This document shows positions 29,914 to 40,426 of a DNA stretch of 64,000 nucleotides, one piece after another. Where the stretch lies: the NCBI GenBank assembly GCA_965218435.1, contig CBDCKW010000009.1, positions 1,888,001 through 1,952,000 of the forward strand. Reading direction: 5' to 3'. The notes beneath the pieces are model-generated. The model saw nothing but the letters and a program-made list of their open reading frames with translations. It was not told where the DNA came from and searched no databases. The translations under genes and the position numbers were made by a program. Source of the DNA: Truepera sp. (GTDB taxonomy: Bacteria; Deinococcota; Deinococci; Deinococcales; Trueperaceae). The first letter of the stretch is position 1. Each line of letters opens with the position of its first letter.

Positions 29914-31035
29914 CTACCGTTCGACTTTGCGCTTGCCGAAAAGCCCCCGCAAACGGTGACCGAGTGTTTCGTGCGCCTCTAACGTCTCGCCGGTCTCTTC
30001 GGCATAGGCTTCAATCAGCTCTCGTGCTTTAGGCGAGAGGTTTTTAGGAATCTCAACCTGTGTGGTGACGATCAAATCCCCCATACCGACGCTTTGCAGG
30101 CGCGGCATCCCTTTGCCGCGTAAGCGGAACTCAGTGCCCGGTTGCGTTCCCGGCGGAACATTGACTGCCTCAGGTTCGTCCAGGGTGGGGACTTCAAAAG
30201 CGCTACCGAGAGCTGCCTGGGCGATACCGACCGGCAGGGCGTAGCGGAGGTCGTCGCCGTCACGGGTCAGGTGCTCGTGGGGCTCGAGATCAATATAGAC
30301 ATACAGGTCGCCTGCCTGTGCCCCGTCGAGGCCGACGTTACCCGCACGCGGAATCCGCAGCCGGTAGCCCGCGTCAATCCCGCGCGGCAGCTTGACAGTG
30401 ACAGTGTCTTCGACTTTCATCCGGCCCGCGCCCATACATTTGCCGCACGGCGTCGTGACGATCTCGCCTAAGCCGCGGCACTGCGGGCATACTTGATTGG
30501 TCACGACGGTACCAAAAAACGACTGTGCCTGCGCCCTTACCTGTCCGGCTCCGTGACACGTCGGGCAGGTTTTACGCCCCTCGCTCCCCGGTTCGGCGCG
30601 TGAGCCGTCGCAGCGGTCACAGAGACCTAGACGCCCCAGTTCAAGCGGTACCCCCGCACCGTCGCGGGCCTGCTCGAGCGTGACAGACAGGCTGGCCTCG
30701 AGGTCTTCGCCCGGTTGCCCCCGCTGCACGCGGCTCCCGGCACTACTAAAGCCACCGCCGAAACCGCCGCCAAAGACTGAGGAGAAGATGTCGAAGATAT
30801 CGCCGGAAAACTGCGCTTGTGGGTCAGCCGAGCCGAAACGGTCGTAACGTGACCGTTTCTCCGGGTCGGAGAGCACCGCGTAAGCTTCGTTCAGCTGCTT
30901 AAAGGTCTCTTCGGCTTCGTGGTCGCCGGGGTTGCGGTCGGGGTGATACTTGAGCGCGAGTTTGCGGTAGGCGGTTTTGATGCCGCCCGCGTCAATCTCG
31001 CGTGAAACGCCTAGAAGCTCGTAGTAATCTGCCAT
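29914..31035 (-). CDS. dnaJ: Chaperone DnaJ
   Basis: J domain with HPD, G/F region, four CxxCxGxG repeats. Confidence 0.96.
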   Translation of the reverse strand: MADYYELLGVSREIDAGGIKTAYRKLALKYHPDRNPGDHEAEETFKQLNEAYAVLSDPEKRSRYDRFGSADPQAQFSGDIFDIFSSVFGGGFGGGFSSAGSRVQRGQPGEDLEASLSVTLEQARDGAGVPLELGRLGLCDRCDGSRAEPGSEGRKTCPTCHGAGQVRAQAQSFFGTVVTNQVCPQCRGLGEIVTTPCGKCMGAGRMKVEDTVTVKLPRGIDAGYRLRIPRAGNVGLDGAQAGDLYVYIDLEPHEHLTRDGDDLRYALPVGIAQAALGSAFEVPTLDEPEAVNVPPGTQPGTEFRLRGKGMPRLQSVGMGDLIVTTQVEIPKNLSPKARELIEAYAEETGETLEAHETLGHRLRGLFGKRKVER

Positions 31036-31468
31036 TAAGGGAGTATAACGAACCTTTTAGATTTTTCGGCGTAAAGCTTATACATAAGCGCCAAAGGTTG
31101 GCGTAGCCAGCTTCGCCGCATCAACCGAACAAGCTAAAGACCTCGAGCCTTCTCAGCGCGTCTCCTAAAAGTAAAAAGCCAACTATTCCGACAAGCCGCA
31201 GCATCGTTTCTCGAGCTTCGTAGTTGCGGCGTTTTTCGTAACGTGTAAACCACGCTTCGTAACGGTTGCCAAACGGTAGGTTTCAAACGGCAATAAGGGA
31301 GGTGAGACAAAGATAAAAAGCTACAACGCCGCCCGCTTATACAAGCGTAAAACAACCCGTAAAAGGCTACAGTCTGAAGCACTTGTTATGTAAGACACTA
31401 ACCGTAACGATAGGTACTCCTACGGTGAAACTTGATGTGTACCAGGTAGCAAAACGAAAGGCGGTCCG

Positions 31469-31891
31469 ATGAAAAAGTTGTTGGTAGCAACAATAGTTTT
31501 GGGATTAGGGGTGTCTGCTTTCGCGCAACAAGGATCACAACTCTACCAGCAGAACTGTGCCCAGTGCCACGGTGACAACGGGGGCGGAGGCATTGGGCCA
31601 GCTCTAGCGGGCGACCAAAAGCTCAAAAGCGCGAGCTATCACATCACCCGTATCCTTAATGGCGGCGGCGGAATGCCCGCTTACGCCGGTCAGCTCTCCG
31701 ACCAGCAGATTGCCATTATTGCCACCTATGAGCGGACCTCATGGGGTAACAAGTTCAGCAAGATCACGCCCAAGCAGGTCACCCAGGTGCGGCAAGGTCA
31801 GGGTGCAAGCGGAGGAAAAACGGGGAGCGGTTCGCAAAGCGGTAAGTCGCAGAGTGGAGGTTCAGGGGGCAGCTACTTACGCAAGCGGTAG
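31469..31891 (+). CDS. Exported monoheme cytochrome c with Gly/Ser tail
   Basis: Signal peptide, CAQCH, GPAL, GGMPAY, TYER.SWGN. Confidence 0.88.
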   Translation: MKKLLVATIVLGLGVSAFAQQGSQLYQQNCAQCHGDNGGGGIGPALAGDQKLKSASYHITRILNGGGGMPAYAGQLSDQQIAIIATYERTSWGNKFSKITPKQVTQVRQGQGASGGKTGSGSQSGKSQSGGSGGSYLRKR

Positions 31892-32244
31892 GTCAAAGCA
31901 TAAACATAACTGCTCTCGAGGGGTAGAGCTGAGTTGTAAGCGGCGAGGCAGGACTTGCGCCAGTGCCCCTGTACCGACTCAGTTTTTCAATATTCTGGGC
32001 TTAGTTGGGGACAGTTGCAGCGTGGCGCACGAGAGAAATCGGGGGTTGTAGTTCAGCTGCAGAGAAGCGTAACTCTCAAAGCGCCGAAACCATAACAGTA
32101 AAAACCTGTATGAGACAATGCTCTCACGGCTTGAGGTGAAGCTCCTACTAAGAACTTTGTACATTGGCCCGCACCAGCCAAAGCTGCAAGCTTCAGACTC
32201 GGCACCTACGAAAACCGCTCTGAGCGTTTGTTCGCCACCAATTG

Positions 32245-32631
32245 TCAGCCGCCAAAAATAGCCGCCAAAGACCAACGCGCCGGACCCAATACCGTAAAAA
32301 CTTGCTCGCCGTGCTCTCCGATACCGTACGCGACTTTGACGCGCTCACCTACGCTAAGGTGCTCAGTGGGTACTGCGGTGAGCGCCTTGACGACAGCGCC
32401 GTCTTTAAGCTGCGCGACGATGATTTTGTTGGTTCCGTCTATATAGCCGATCTTCCCAGTCGTTTCACCCGTTTTCTGAACTTTATGGGTATGTGGCAAC
32501 GCTTCAGCGACCCTTTGAACCACAGTTGTTGGCACGATGCCGAAACTGTGTGCAGGACGCAACTGCGCAAAACCTAACCAGACCAAGCCTGCTATACACA
32601 GGACGAGCGCGGCAACGAGACTAAAGCGCAT
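32245..32631 (-). CDS. Hypothetical exported/membrane-anchored protein
   Basis: N-terminal hydrophobic segment; last gene of the oxidase/dehydrogenase operon, overlapping the upstream stop. Confidence 0.6.
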   Translation of the reverse strand: MRFSLVAALVLCIAGLVWLGFAQLRPAHSFGIVPTTVVQRVAEALPHTHKVQKTGETTGKIGYIDGTNKIIVAQLKDGAVVKALTAVPTEHLSVGERVKVAYGIGEHGEQVFTVLGPARWSLAAIFGG

Positions 32632-33038
32632 TATGGCGTAGCAGCGGTAACCTGAACAACGCCGATAGGCGTGTTGGTCTGCCGGTTGCTCGGGGCATTT
32701 GACGTGTCGTAGCGGTCTTTGACAAAACGGCTGAGGTAAACGTAAGTTCCAGGAACTTCAAAGGTGTAGCTGTATGTTTCACCGGGGTAAAGGAGGCCGG
32801 ACTCGAGCGCCGCCGCCCCGTCCGGCAGTTTGACGAGCGTCCCTTCATTTTTTGACTGTGGGTCCGCCGTTACGGTCTGCGGCGTCGTGCTGGTATTTTT
32901 GAAGACCACAGTGGTTCCTGCGGTAATACTCAGGTTACCCGGCGTAAAGGGACGCTCGTCGCTGATTTCGACGCCGTAGCTCGTTCGTCCGGCACAGCCC
33001 GCCAGCAGCGCCAGTAACAGAAACAAGGTCGCTTTCAT
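32631..33038 (-). CDS. Cupredoxin-fold lipoprotein lacking canonical copper ligands
   Basis: LAGC lipobox; FTPGNLSITAGTTVVFKN, PGETYSYTFEVPGTY. Confidence 0.75.
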   Translation of the reverse strand: MKATLFLLLALLAGCAGRTSYGVEISDERPFTPGNLSITAGTTVVFKNTSTTPQTVTADPQSKNEGTLVKLPDGAAALESGLLYPGETYSYTFEVPGTYVYLSRFVKDRYDTSNAPSNRQTNTPIGVVQVTAATP

Positions 33039-33046
33039 CCTTCCCC

Positions 33047-34909
33047 CTAGTCCAGCAGCTCGTTCGGACGGTTGAAATACTCGTCGCGCACTTTGTCACC
33101 GGCCATATACGCCAGCGCCAACAGCGTAGCAGTCGGGTTGGCACCGGGATTCTGCGGGTAGAGGGCCGCGCCTGTCACAAAGACGTTGGGCGTATCCCAC
33201 ACCTGCCCGTACTTGTTCGTCACTGAATTACCGGGGTCGGTCCCCATAATCGCGCCGCCCGTACAGTGCGTGGACTGATACTGATGCACGTTGTAAGGAT
33301 CGAGCGAGCCGGTAAAGTCGATGCGGTCAGGGTTCATCTCTTTGGCAATCTCATTGCAACGCTGAGCCAAAAACTTGTAGAGGTTCTTCTCATTTTCGTG
33401 AAAGTCGAAGGTCAGCCGCAGGAGCGGTTGGCCCCACGCGTCTTTATAGTTGGGGTCTAAGTCGAGATAGTTCTGTTTGTAGGCTTGCACTTCGCCCTGA
33501 ATTCCGACCCCGACGATGCCGTCCCAGTTGCGGCGCATGTTTTCTTTCCAGGCTTGGCCCCACTCGCTCCCCTGGTGGGCCAAACTGCCGACTTCGCTGC
33601 TGATCGTCGCGCCGCCCTGAACATCTTCGGCTTGTCCGCTGGGGCTTTCCGTTGCTGCCGGCGTCCCGGCCTTAAGAGACGGCATACTGATCACCGAAGT
33701 GAGCGGATCGTTCTGACCGCCGCCCGCGTAGATGGACGCCCCACCGATAAAGTTTTGCGCGGAATGGTCGAAGTTATCGGCGTTAAACTCATAGATCAGG
33801 TTTTGAATCACACCGTTGCCCATAAAGGTGTTGAAGCGCCGCCCTTCAAAAATGGCGTTGGCAGGCGTTTTAAGAATCTGGTAGGTATAGTTTTTCCCGA
33901 CCTTGCCTCGGTCGTTGCCGATCCCGTTAGGGTGGGCCTTACTTTTGGACAAGAGCAGCATCCGCACGTTGGTCAGCGTATAACCGGTGACCATCACCAC
34001 ATCGGCGGGTTGGACGTGCTCTTCGCCCGCCTCATCTATATAGGTGACGCCAGTCGCAAGGCCGTCCGCGCCGATGTTGATATGCAAGACCTTGCTGTTG
34101 GGGCGCACGTCCCAATTGCCGGTTTGCAAGGCGACCGGCACGTGCGAGGTCACGGCGCTCGTTTTGGCGTCTACTTCGCAGCCGAAACGGGTACAAAAGC
34201 CGCAGTAGATACAGCCCGAGCGGACGCGTCCCGAAAGGTCTTTATACGCTTCGGACAAAATGCCTGCAGGTTGCGGAAAGGGGTGGTAGCCCAGGTTGCG
34301 GCAGGCGTCGGCGAAGATTTGGGCGTGAACGCTGACCGGGTTGGGGGGTAACGGATAAGGACGTGAGCGCGGCGCTTCAAAGGGATTCCCGCCCGGAACC
34401 TTTTGCCCCGCCAGATTGCCCACCTGCCCGGCGGTACCGATATCGTAGTCTACGGTATCGTAGTAGGGCTCGAGCTCGTCATAGGTCAGCGGCCAATCTT
34501 GAACGGTCATGTTCGCTGGAATCTTATTTTTGCCGTAACGCGCTACGTTATGGCTGTAGTGCTGAAAGTCGGCGGGCAAAAAGCGCCAGAACTGCGCCGT
34601 CCAGTGAACGCTCGCCCCACCGAGGCCGTTTCCCGGCATAAACGACCCGAACTGCCGAATGGGTAACGCGGGCAAGCTGTCGTTGGGTCGCCAGCTCCAG
34701 GTTTCTTTCGCGAGGTCGAACATCATCGCTTTGCGGACGCGGTATCTGAGACCGTCGTGGTTATGGTTGTAGTCCGGGTTGGCCCAGCGCAAGGGGCCTT
34801 GTTCGATCGACACGACTTTGCGCCCCGCCGCCCCGAGTTTCCAGCCCATAATCGCCGCCGTCCATCCTGCGCCAATCGTTACCACGTCAACTTTTTTGTG
34901 TACTGCCAT
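33047..34909 (-). CDS. GMC oxidoreductase, gluconate 2-dehydrogenase flavoprotein-like
   Basis: IGAGW, GLGGASVHW, CIYCGFC.RFGC, YQSTH..GGAIMG, NPT.TL.AL. Confidence 0.9.
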   Translation of the reverse strand: MAVHKKVDVVTIGAGWTAAIMGWKLGAAGRKVVSIEQGPLRWANPDYNHNHDGLRYRVRKAMMFDLAKETWSWRPNDSLPALPIRQFGSFMPGNGLGGASVHWTAQFWRFLPADFQHYSHNVARYGKNKIPANMTVQDWPLTYDELEPYYDTVDYDIGTAGQVGNLAGQKVPGGNPFEAPRSRPYPLPPNPVSVHAQIFADACRNLGYHPFPQPAGILSEAYKDLSGRVRSGCIYCGFCTRFGCEVDAKTSAVTSHVPVALQTGNWDVRPNSKVLHINIGADGLATGVTYIDEAGEEHVQPADVVMVTGYTLTNVRMLLLSKSKAHPNGIGNDRGKVGKNYTYQILKTPANAIFEGRRFNTFMGNGVIQNLIYEFNADNFDHSAQNFIGGASIYAGGGQNDPLTSVISMPSLKAGTPAATESPSGQAEDVQGGATISSEVGSLAHQGSEWGQAWKENMRRNWDGIVGVGIQGEVQAYKQNYLDLDPNYKDAWGQPLLRLTFDFHENEKNLYKFLAQRCNEIAKEMNPDRIDFTGSLDPYNVHQYQSTHCTGGAIMGTDPGNSVTNKYGQVWDTPNVFVTGAALYPQNPGANPTATLLALAYMAGDKVRDEYFNRPNELLD

Positions 34910-34929
34910 CTTTCCCCCTTGGTTCGGAA

Positions 34930-34969
34930 AGAATACAGAATAAATGGGTAATTCTCTATTCTGTATTCT
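34930..34969. repeat. 13-bp inverted repeat (AGAATACAGAATA), intergenic hairpin
   Basis: agaatacagaata...tattctgtattct. Confidence 0.8.
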
Positions 34970-34990
34970 CTAGTCCTGCTAAATCTTTCT

Positions 34991-36034
34991 TTAGTTCGAA
35001 TGCTGCTGATCACGCCCCGACACCGGTAAGATAACCTCGCCGCTAGCCGGTTGCCCCGGATTAAAGTAGTTCAGGTCGGCGATCGCCTGCGGTTTTCGCG
35101 TCGTGCCTTCGGTCTGAATTTCACTCGGCAAATACGCGCGCTGTGCGCCGGGGTAACCCACCAATTTCCAACCGACCAGATCGCGGTTGCCGCCGTAAGC
35201 CGGGTCGGAAAACATCCCTTCGGTGGTGTGACGCCGGAGCGTGTGAAAAAAGCTTTCGGCGCTGAGTTCTTTGTCAAAGGTGGCGATTTTACCGCCCGCC
35301 ATGTCCCCGACGACGCCGTCTTGCTGCGCTTCGCTCAGGTTTGCGAAGTCTTTGCCGAACTGCGCGTTCGCGTAACGGTCGGTTGCCGCGACGCCGATAC
35401 GGTACACGTCTCGAGGGGTCAACATGGACTGGTAACCGTAGCGTTCAATCTGGTCGTGGGGCACCCACATCACTTTGTAGGGACCGTCCGTGTCGGCGGG
35501 TGGTTTATTCCCCGTATAGGTCCTGGCAAAGGGCGGTTCGCGGTAGGTCGGCTCGGGCAGCCCATCTTTGACATTTAAGAAGTTGTCAATGTAGGTGACG
35601 ACCCCCGCCTCCCTCGCGCCGGGGTCATCCGGGGTACCGGGCAAAATGCGAGCGGTCAGCGCCTCGACGGTGCGCGCCTCGTGTGGGGTAAAGACGCGCA
35701 GGATGTTCCGGGGCGGCGGCTCGGTCGGGGTATAGGGTACATCGGGGTACTGCTTGGCCGTCGGCACCTCAGCTGCGGGTAGCTCCCCAGACACGGCGAG
35801 TGGCTCGGCGGTGTCAACGCGCTCACACGCCTCGAGGCTGGCGGCCACCAAGGTTACCCCGGTTAATTTAAGGAAGTCGCGGCGTGAAGGCCCCTTCCGG
35901 CTTAGCTCAAGTTGGGTAGCCACCGGTTTAGCGGCCTTGTCGTTTTGTAGGCTATTTTTTTGTCTATCTTCGGGCACAGTGTCTTGGACGGTGTCTGGAA
36001 TGGCGTGCGCCGCTTTATGAGTACGTCTAAACAT
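34991..36034 (-). CDS. Gluconate 2-dehydrogenase subunit 3 family protein (Tat signal)
   Basis: SRRDFLK, PGA.EAGV..YID, EGMFSDP.YGGN...GWKLVGYPG; AGGAG RBS before ATG 36034. Confidence 0.9.
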   Translation of the reverse strand: MFRRTHKAAHAIPDTVQDTVPEDRQKNSLQNDKAAKPVATQLELSRKGPSRRDFLKLTGVTLVAASLEACERVDTAEPLAVSGELPAAEVPTAKQYPDVPYTPTEPPPRNILRVFTPHEARTVEALTARILPGTPDDPGAREAGVVTYIDNFLNVKDGLPEPTYREPPFARTYTGNKPPADTDGPYKVMWVPHDQIERYGYQSMLTPRDVYRIGVAATDRYANAQFGKDFANLSEAQQDGVVGDMAGGKIATFDKELSAESFFHTLRRHTTEGMFSDPAYGGNRDLVGWKLVGYPGAQRAYLPSEIQTEGTTRKPQAIADLNYFNPGQPASGEVILPVSGRDQQHSN

Positions 36035-36072
36035 CTTTTCTCCTGACTGGCGTAACCAGATCATTTCTGGGG

Positions 36073-36483
36073 CTACTGCAACGAATAGAAATAGGCGGCC
36101 ATATTCGCCGCGTCACTTCTGGTGACGCCCAGGTTCGGCATCGCGTTCCCAGGGTCAACCGCTTGGGGTACCTGAAGCCAGCGGATAAGATTGTCCGGGG
36201 TATTTGAAAGCCTACCGGCAATATACGCACGTTCAGCAAATTGCCCGTCGAGTTCGGGGCCGACCTGTCCTTTGACGTTGTCTATTCCCTGAATCGTGTG
36301 GCACGCGACGCAGCCGTAAGAGGCGAAAGCCGCTGACGCTTGCTCCGGGTCGCCCCCGACGACGGTGTGCGGCGGCGCTTTGGGAATATCGGTTCGCCCT
36401 GAAAGCTTCATGATGGCAATGAGGCCGACTAGCGCGACGATACCCACCAGCACGGTTGACAAAATGCGGTTTTCCCGTCTCAA
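36073..36483 (-). CDS. Membrane-anchored monoheme cytochrome c
   Basis: YGCVACH, VGP.L, PQAVDPGNAMPNLG; TTG start overlaps the ctaG stop. Confidence 0.88.
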   Translation of the reverse strand: MRRENRILSTVLVGIVALVGLIAIMKLSGRTDIPKAPPHTVVGGDPEQASAAFASYGCVACHTIQGIDNVKGQVGPELDGQFAERAYIAGRLSNTPDNLIRWLQVPQAVDPGNAMPNLGVTRSDAANMAAYFYSLQ

Positions 36484-37376
36484 GGTCTCACCTCTTGAAC
36501 AGTTTGGGGCTGCGCGACTTGGGGCTGAGCTCTTGGTGCAAAAGCGTGTTGGCGTACCTGCATTCGCGCTTCGACGTCGCGCAGCCAAAGGAGAAAAAAT
36601 ATCCCGGCCAGCACTGTAAACAGAGTCCCCAGCGGCAACCACATCAGCAGGCCGGCGAGCTGTTGGTCACCTAACGCCGACCGGCCCAGCGCCTCGGTGG
36701 TTCTTGCATACGCGCCGTACCAGGGCGTCGGCGAAAAGGTGATCAGCGCCCCCAATGCGCCGCCCTGCAACGACGCGGCGAAGAGGTACAAAATCGCTGC
36801 GCCGCGCCCCAAACGCCGGTGACCGACAGGTTGGAGCAGCGTCCACCAAAAGAGCAATGAGGTGGCTAAAAAGGTGAGGTGCTCGAGCCCGTGCACCACG
36901 TTTGACCGCAGCGCGGCTTCGTAGAGTCCCGGTGTGTGCCAGACCCAAAACGTAGCCACGAACAGCGTCCAGGCGAGTACCGGGTTGGTCAGGGTATGAA
37001 CAACGTTTCTCAGAGCTTTTGCCCGTAACCAACCCTGCGCGACGGCTTTTCTCGCACTGGTAGGTAAAGCCCATAATCCGGCCACGACCGGCAAACTCAG
37101 CACCAGCAGCGGAGCCGCGACGATCATGATGAGCAGGTGCTGCACCATATGCGCGGAAAATAAGAGGCCGCTCAGCGCCTCGAGCGGCGAAATGAGCGCC
37201 ACCCCGAGAACTAAAAACGCACCGACACCGAGCAGCGCCCGCCACCGCTGAATGCCGCGCCCCACCCCGGCACGCCCCCAAAGCCTGAGCACGCCGCAGG
37301 TATAGAGCGCGAGCCCGAACAGCAAGCCGACGACGACAGCAGGCTCGAGCGTCCATAAACTCGTGACTCCTTTCAT
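36480..37376 (-). CDS. ctaG: Cytochrome c oxidase assembly factor CtaG (caa3 type)
   Basis: FSAHMVQHLL, WVWH.P.LY, H.LEH, DQQLAGLLMW. Confidence 0.9.
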   Translation of the reverse strand: MKGVTSLWTLEPAVVVGLLFGLALYTCGVLRLWGRAGVGRGIQRWRALLGVGAFLVLGVALISPLEALSGLLFSAHMVQHLLIMIVAAPLLVLSLPVVAGLWALPTSARKAVAQGWLRAKALRNVVHTLTNPVLAWTLFVATFWVWHTPGLYEAALRSNVVHGLEHLTFLATSLLFWWTLLQPVGHRRLGRGAAILYLFAASLQGGALGALITFSPTPWYGAYARTTEALGRSALGDQQLAGLLMWLPLGTLFTVLAGIFFLLWLRDVEARMQVRQHAFAPRAQPQVAQPQTVQEVRP

Positions 37377-37388
37377 TTCTCCCTCACC

Positions 37389-37814
37389 TCAGCGTATCCG
37401 GCACGGGTCTAAGAGCAGCATCGCTGCGCCCGTCGTCAAAATCAGAGCGAAGAAGGCGATACTCGTGACAAAACCGGCGTAGGTCATAAACGGGGTGACG
37501 CCTTCGTCGTGCCGACCGACCACCGCCGGGTCATCGCCCCGAGCCCTGCGCCAGTGCGTAAAACTGTTTACTCCGGCCCAGAGCGTCAATACAGTAGCGG
37601 CGAGTGAGATGATATAGAAGGGCAACCGTGAGCCGCCACAGACCGACGGCACGAACGCGTACCCGAGCAGCAGCTGCACCGCCCACGCCAAAGGACCGGC
37701 GAAAAAGCCGAACCAGAAGACGAAATAGTCTTTGGCCTCGTGGTAGCTGCCGCGGTAGTTAGCTTCACCGGCAGTGGCGGTTTGCCCGGTCTGTTTTTGT
37801 GTAGCCTGTTTCAC
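37389..37814 (-). CDS. Small membrane protein of the oxidase operon
   Basis: GP.AW..QL...Y.....C; three TM segments; ends LDPC. Confidence 0.7.
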   Translation of the reverse strand: MKQATQKQTGQTATAGEANYRGSYHEAKDYFVFWFGFFAGPLAWAVQLLLGYAFVPSVCGGSRLPFYIISLAATVLTLWAGVNSFTHWRRARGDDPAVVGRHDEGVTPFMTYAGFVTSIAFFALILTTGAAMLLLDPCRIR

Positions 37815-38476
37815 TACCGGGTCCCCAAAAAATGCGGCGACAAGTAGAGCGACGTCCAGACGAACAGCCACACGCCGTCTACAAAGTGCCAGTAGAGCGA
37901 GACATTTGAAAAACTCAGGTGGCGCTTGGGCGTAAAGTAGCCGAGCATAGCCCATAAGAGCATCACGCTCAGCAAGAGCACCCCGACCAACACGTGTAGC
38001 CCGTGCAACCCGGTAATGGTATAGAAGAGCGCCCCGTACGCGCCGTCTTGCGGCCTAAAATCAAGCTTGGTGTATTCATAAACTTGAATCCCTAAAAAGA
38101 CGACGCCGAGCAGGACGGTCAGCAGCAGACCCAGCTTGAAGTTACCCAGATGACCGCTTTTTAAGCGGCGCTCAGCCCAGATAAGAGCGGCGCTGCTCGA
38201 GACTAGGACGATCGTCGCCACCACCGGCAAGACAACCTCGGGCAGGTCTATCTCGTTAGGCGGCCAGACCGGGTTGTTCGAGCGCAAGTAAAAGTAACCG
38301 GACAAGAGGCAGGCGAAAAACACGGCTTCGGTCAGGATGAGAAGGGCGATCCCCCAACGGCTCGTTACCCGGCTACCCGACACCTGCGGCAGATCGAGGA
38401 GCGACTCACGGGAGATGTCGGCAAACGGGTTGGGTACCTGACCCAGTTGCCCTGCTTGATGATCCGTACCGCTCAC
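37814..38476 (-). CDS. ctaE: Heme-copper oxidase subunit III
   Basis: ILTE..FF, FY.ITGLHGLHV, LYWHFVD.VW. Confidence 0.93.
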   Translation of the reverse strand: MSGTDHQAGQLGQVPNPFADISRESLLDLPQVSGSRVTSRWGIALLILTEAVFFACLLSGYFYLRSNNPVWPPNEIDLPEVVLPVVATIVLVSSSAALIWAERRLKSGHLGNFKLGLLLTVLLGVVFLGIQVYEYTKLDFRPQDGAYGALFYTITGLHGLHVLVGVLLLSVMLLWAMLGYFTPKRHLSFSNVSLYWHFVDGVWLFVWTSLYLSPHFLGTR

Positions 38477-40416
38477 CTTTGCGCCTCCGCCCCTTCAAAC
38501 CTGTCCTGACGGCTGTTTTGCCGCGCGGCCTGCTGTTCACTGCGGTGCGGCCACAGCCACCACAGCGAAAAGACGAATACACCTGCCGCGCCGACACCGG
38601 TAAGCCACCACAGATGTAACAGCGTTCCCGCAAAAAAGACGAACATCGCGCCCGCGACGAAAAAGGGTGACGCGGATTCAGGTGGGATACGGATAATCTC
38701 TTCGGGCCGGGCTTCTAACAGGGTCGTGCCGATAGTTTCTCGTAAAAAGGGGTCGGTCGGGTCAACCTGGGCGGTGTCGGCACGCTGCGCTTCGGCCTCG
38801 ACATTACGGCGCTCCCAGAGCGGAGCCATGCTCGTGACCGGCGGGATGGTACGGAAGTTGTACGGCGGCGGCGGTGATGAAGTGGCCCACTCGAGCGTCG
38901 CCCCGTTCCAAGGGTTGTCCTCCGCGTCACCGCGTTTAGTCAGGCTCCAGTACACGTTGACGATAAAAAGAATCACGCCCGCCGCGATGGTGTACGCCCC
39001 AAGCGTCGAGATCAAATTGAGGTTACCCCAGCCCATTTCGGGCAGGTAGGTATAGATGCGGCGCGGCATCCCGAGCAGTCCCAACAGGTGCTGCACAAAA
39101 AAAGCGACGTTAAAGCCGACGAACATCAGCCAAAAGTTCCATTTGCCCAAGGTGTCGTTTAACATTTTGCCGGTTATTTTAGGAAACCAGTAGTAAAACG
39201 CGCCGAAGAGCGGAAACACCATCCCACCGACTAAGGTATAGTGAAAGTGCGCCACGATAAAGTAAGTGTCGGTCACCTGCCGGTCAAACGAGATCACCGG
39301 AAACATCACGCCCGTGACCCCGCCGATCACGAATAAGACGATAAACCCGGCGGCGAAGAGCAGCGGCGTTTTGAAGTTGGGATTCCCGCTTAAGATCGTC
39401 GCGATCCAGGCGAATACCTGAATGCCTGCAGGCAGCGCGATAATGACGCTCGCCGCTGCGAAAAATGAACCGGACAAGGGCGAGATGCCGGTCGCAAACA
39501 TGTGGTGCGCCCACACGCCGAAGCCGATCATGCCGGTTAAGACCGTCGACATAGCGACGAGGTTATAGGCGACCAGAGGACGACGTGAAAAGGTTTGGAT
39601 AATTTCCGATACGAAGCCGAACGCCGGTAAGACGATGATGTATACGTCCGGGTGACCGAACACCCAAAAGAGGTGCTGCCACAAGAGCGGCGAGCCGCCC
39701 CCGGCAGGGTCAAAAAACTTCAGGTCGAAGGTGCGCTCGAGCCACAAAAACACGTTGGCGGTGTTGAGCGCCGGAATCGCAAACAGCACCGCAAACGAGG
39801 TGACTAAAATAGACCAGCAGAAGATCGGGATGCGGTTGATGGACATCCCCGGCGCACGCATCCGGAAGATCGTCACGATGAAGTTGATCGCGCCCGCCGT
39901 GGTTGCAAAGCCTAAAAAGAGGAGCCCTAAGACGTAGTAGTCGATCCCGAGTCCCGGCGTGTACTTGCTGGTGGTGTAGGGCACGTAAGCAAACCAGCCG
40001 CCGTTCGGTACGCGGCCGACTAAGAGGCTCGAGTAGATAAACCCGGCAGAAAACAGATAGACCCAGTAGCCAAAGGCGTTCAGCCGCGGAAACGCCATAT
40101 CGCGCGCACCGATTAAAAGCGGGACCAAAAAGTTGCCGAAACCGAACAAGATCGGCGTGGCGAAGAAAAAAATCATCATGGTGCCGTGCATGGTAAAGTA
40201 CTCGTTATATGACGCCGGGCTTAAAAAGCTGTTGCCGGGTCTGATAAGCTGCGTACGGATCATCATGGCGTCGGTACCGGCGAGCAAAAAGACCGCGAAC
40301 GCCGTAACGATGTAACGAATCCCGATGGTTTTATGGTCAACGGTTGTCAACCAGCCGAAGAGCCCGCCGCCCTCCCAGATACTTTTTAATTCCCGACTCG
40401 GCAGTGACTGAGCCAT
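38473..40416 (-). CDS. ctaD: Cytochrome c oxidase subunit I
   Basis: DHK.IG, TMHG, WVFGHPDVY, WAHHM, VAHFHY, GMPRR. Confidence 0.96.
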   Translation of the reverse strand: MAQSLPSRELKSIWEGGGLFGWLTTVDHKTIGIRYIVTAFAVFLLAGTDAMMIRTQLIRPGNSFLSPASYNEYFTMHGTMMIFFFATPILFGFGNFLVPLLIGARDMAFPRLNAFGYWVYLFSAGFIYSSLLVGRVPNGGWFAYVPYTTSKYTPGLGIDYYVLGLLFLGFATTAGAINFIVTIFRMRAPGMSINRIPIFCWSILVTSFAVLFAIPALNTANVFLWLERTFDLKFFDPAGGGSPLLWQHLFWVFGHPDVYIIVLPAFGFVSEIIQTFSRRPLVAYNLVAMSTVLTGMIGFGVWAHHMFATGISPLSGSFFAAASVIIALPAGIQVFAWIATILSGNPNFKTPLLFAAGFIVLFVIGGVTGVMFPVISFDRQVTDTYFIVAHFHYTLVGGMVFPLFGAFYYWFPKITGKMLNDTLGKWNFWLMFVGFNVAFFVQHLLGLLGMPRRIYTYLPEMGWGNLNLISTLGAYTIAAGVILFIVNVYWSLTKRGDAEDNPWNGATLEWATSSPPPPYNFRTIPPVTSMAPLWERRNVEAEAQRADTAQVDPTDPFLRETIGTTLLEARPEEIIRIPPESASPFFVAGAMFVFFAGTLLHLWWLTGVGAAGVFVFSLWWLWPHRSEQQAARQNSRQDRFEGAEAQR

Positions 40417-40426
40417 CTTATCCCCT

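Noticed and set aside
31891..32245. Possible cobalamin riboswitch or IS605/TnpB end remnant
   Set aside because: Only short fragments (gcaactgt; ttagttggggacagttg) resemble these. I could not build the conserved structure or find a transposase remnant.
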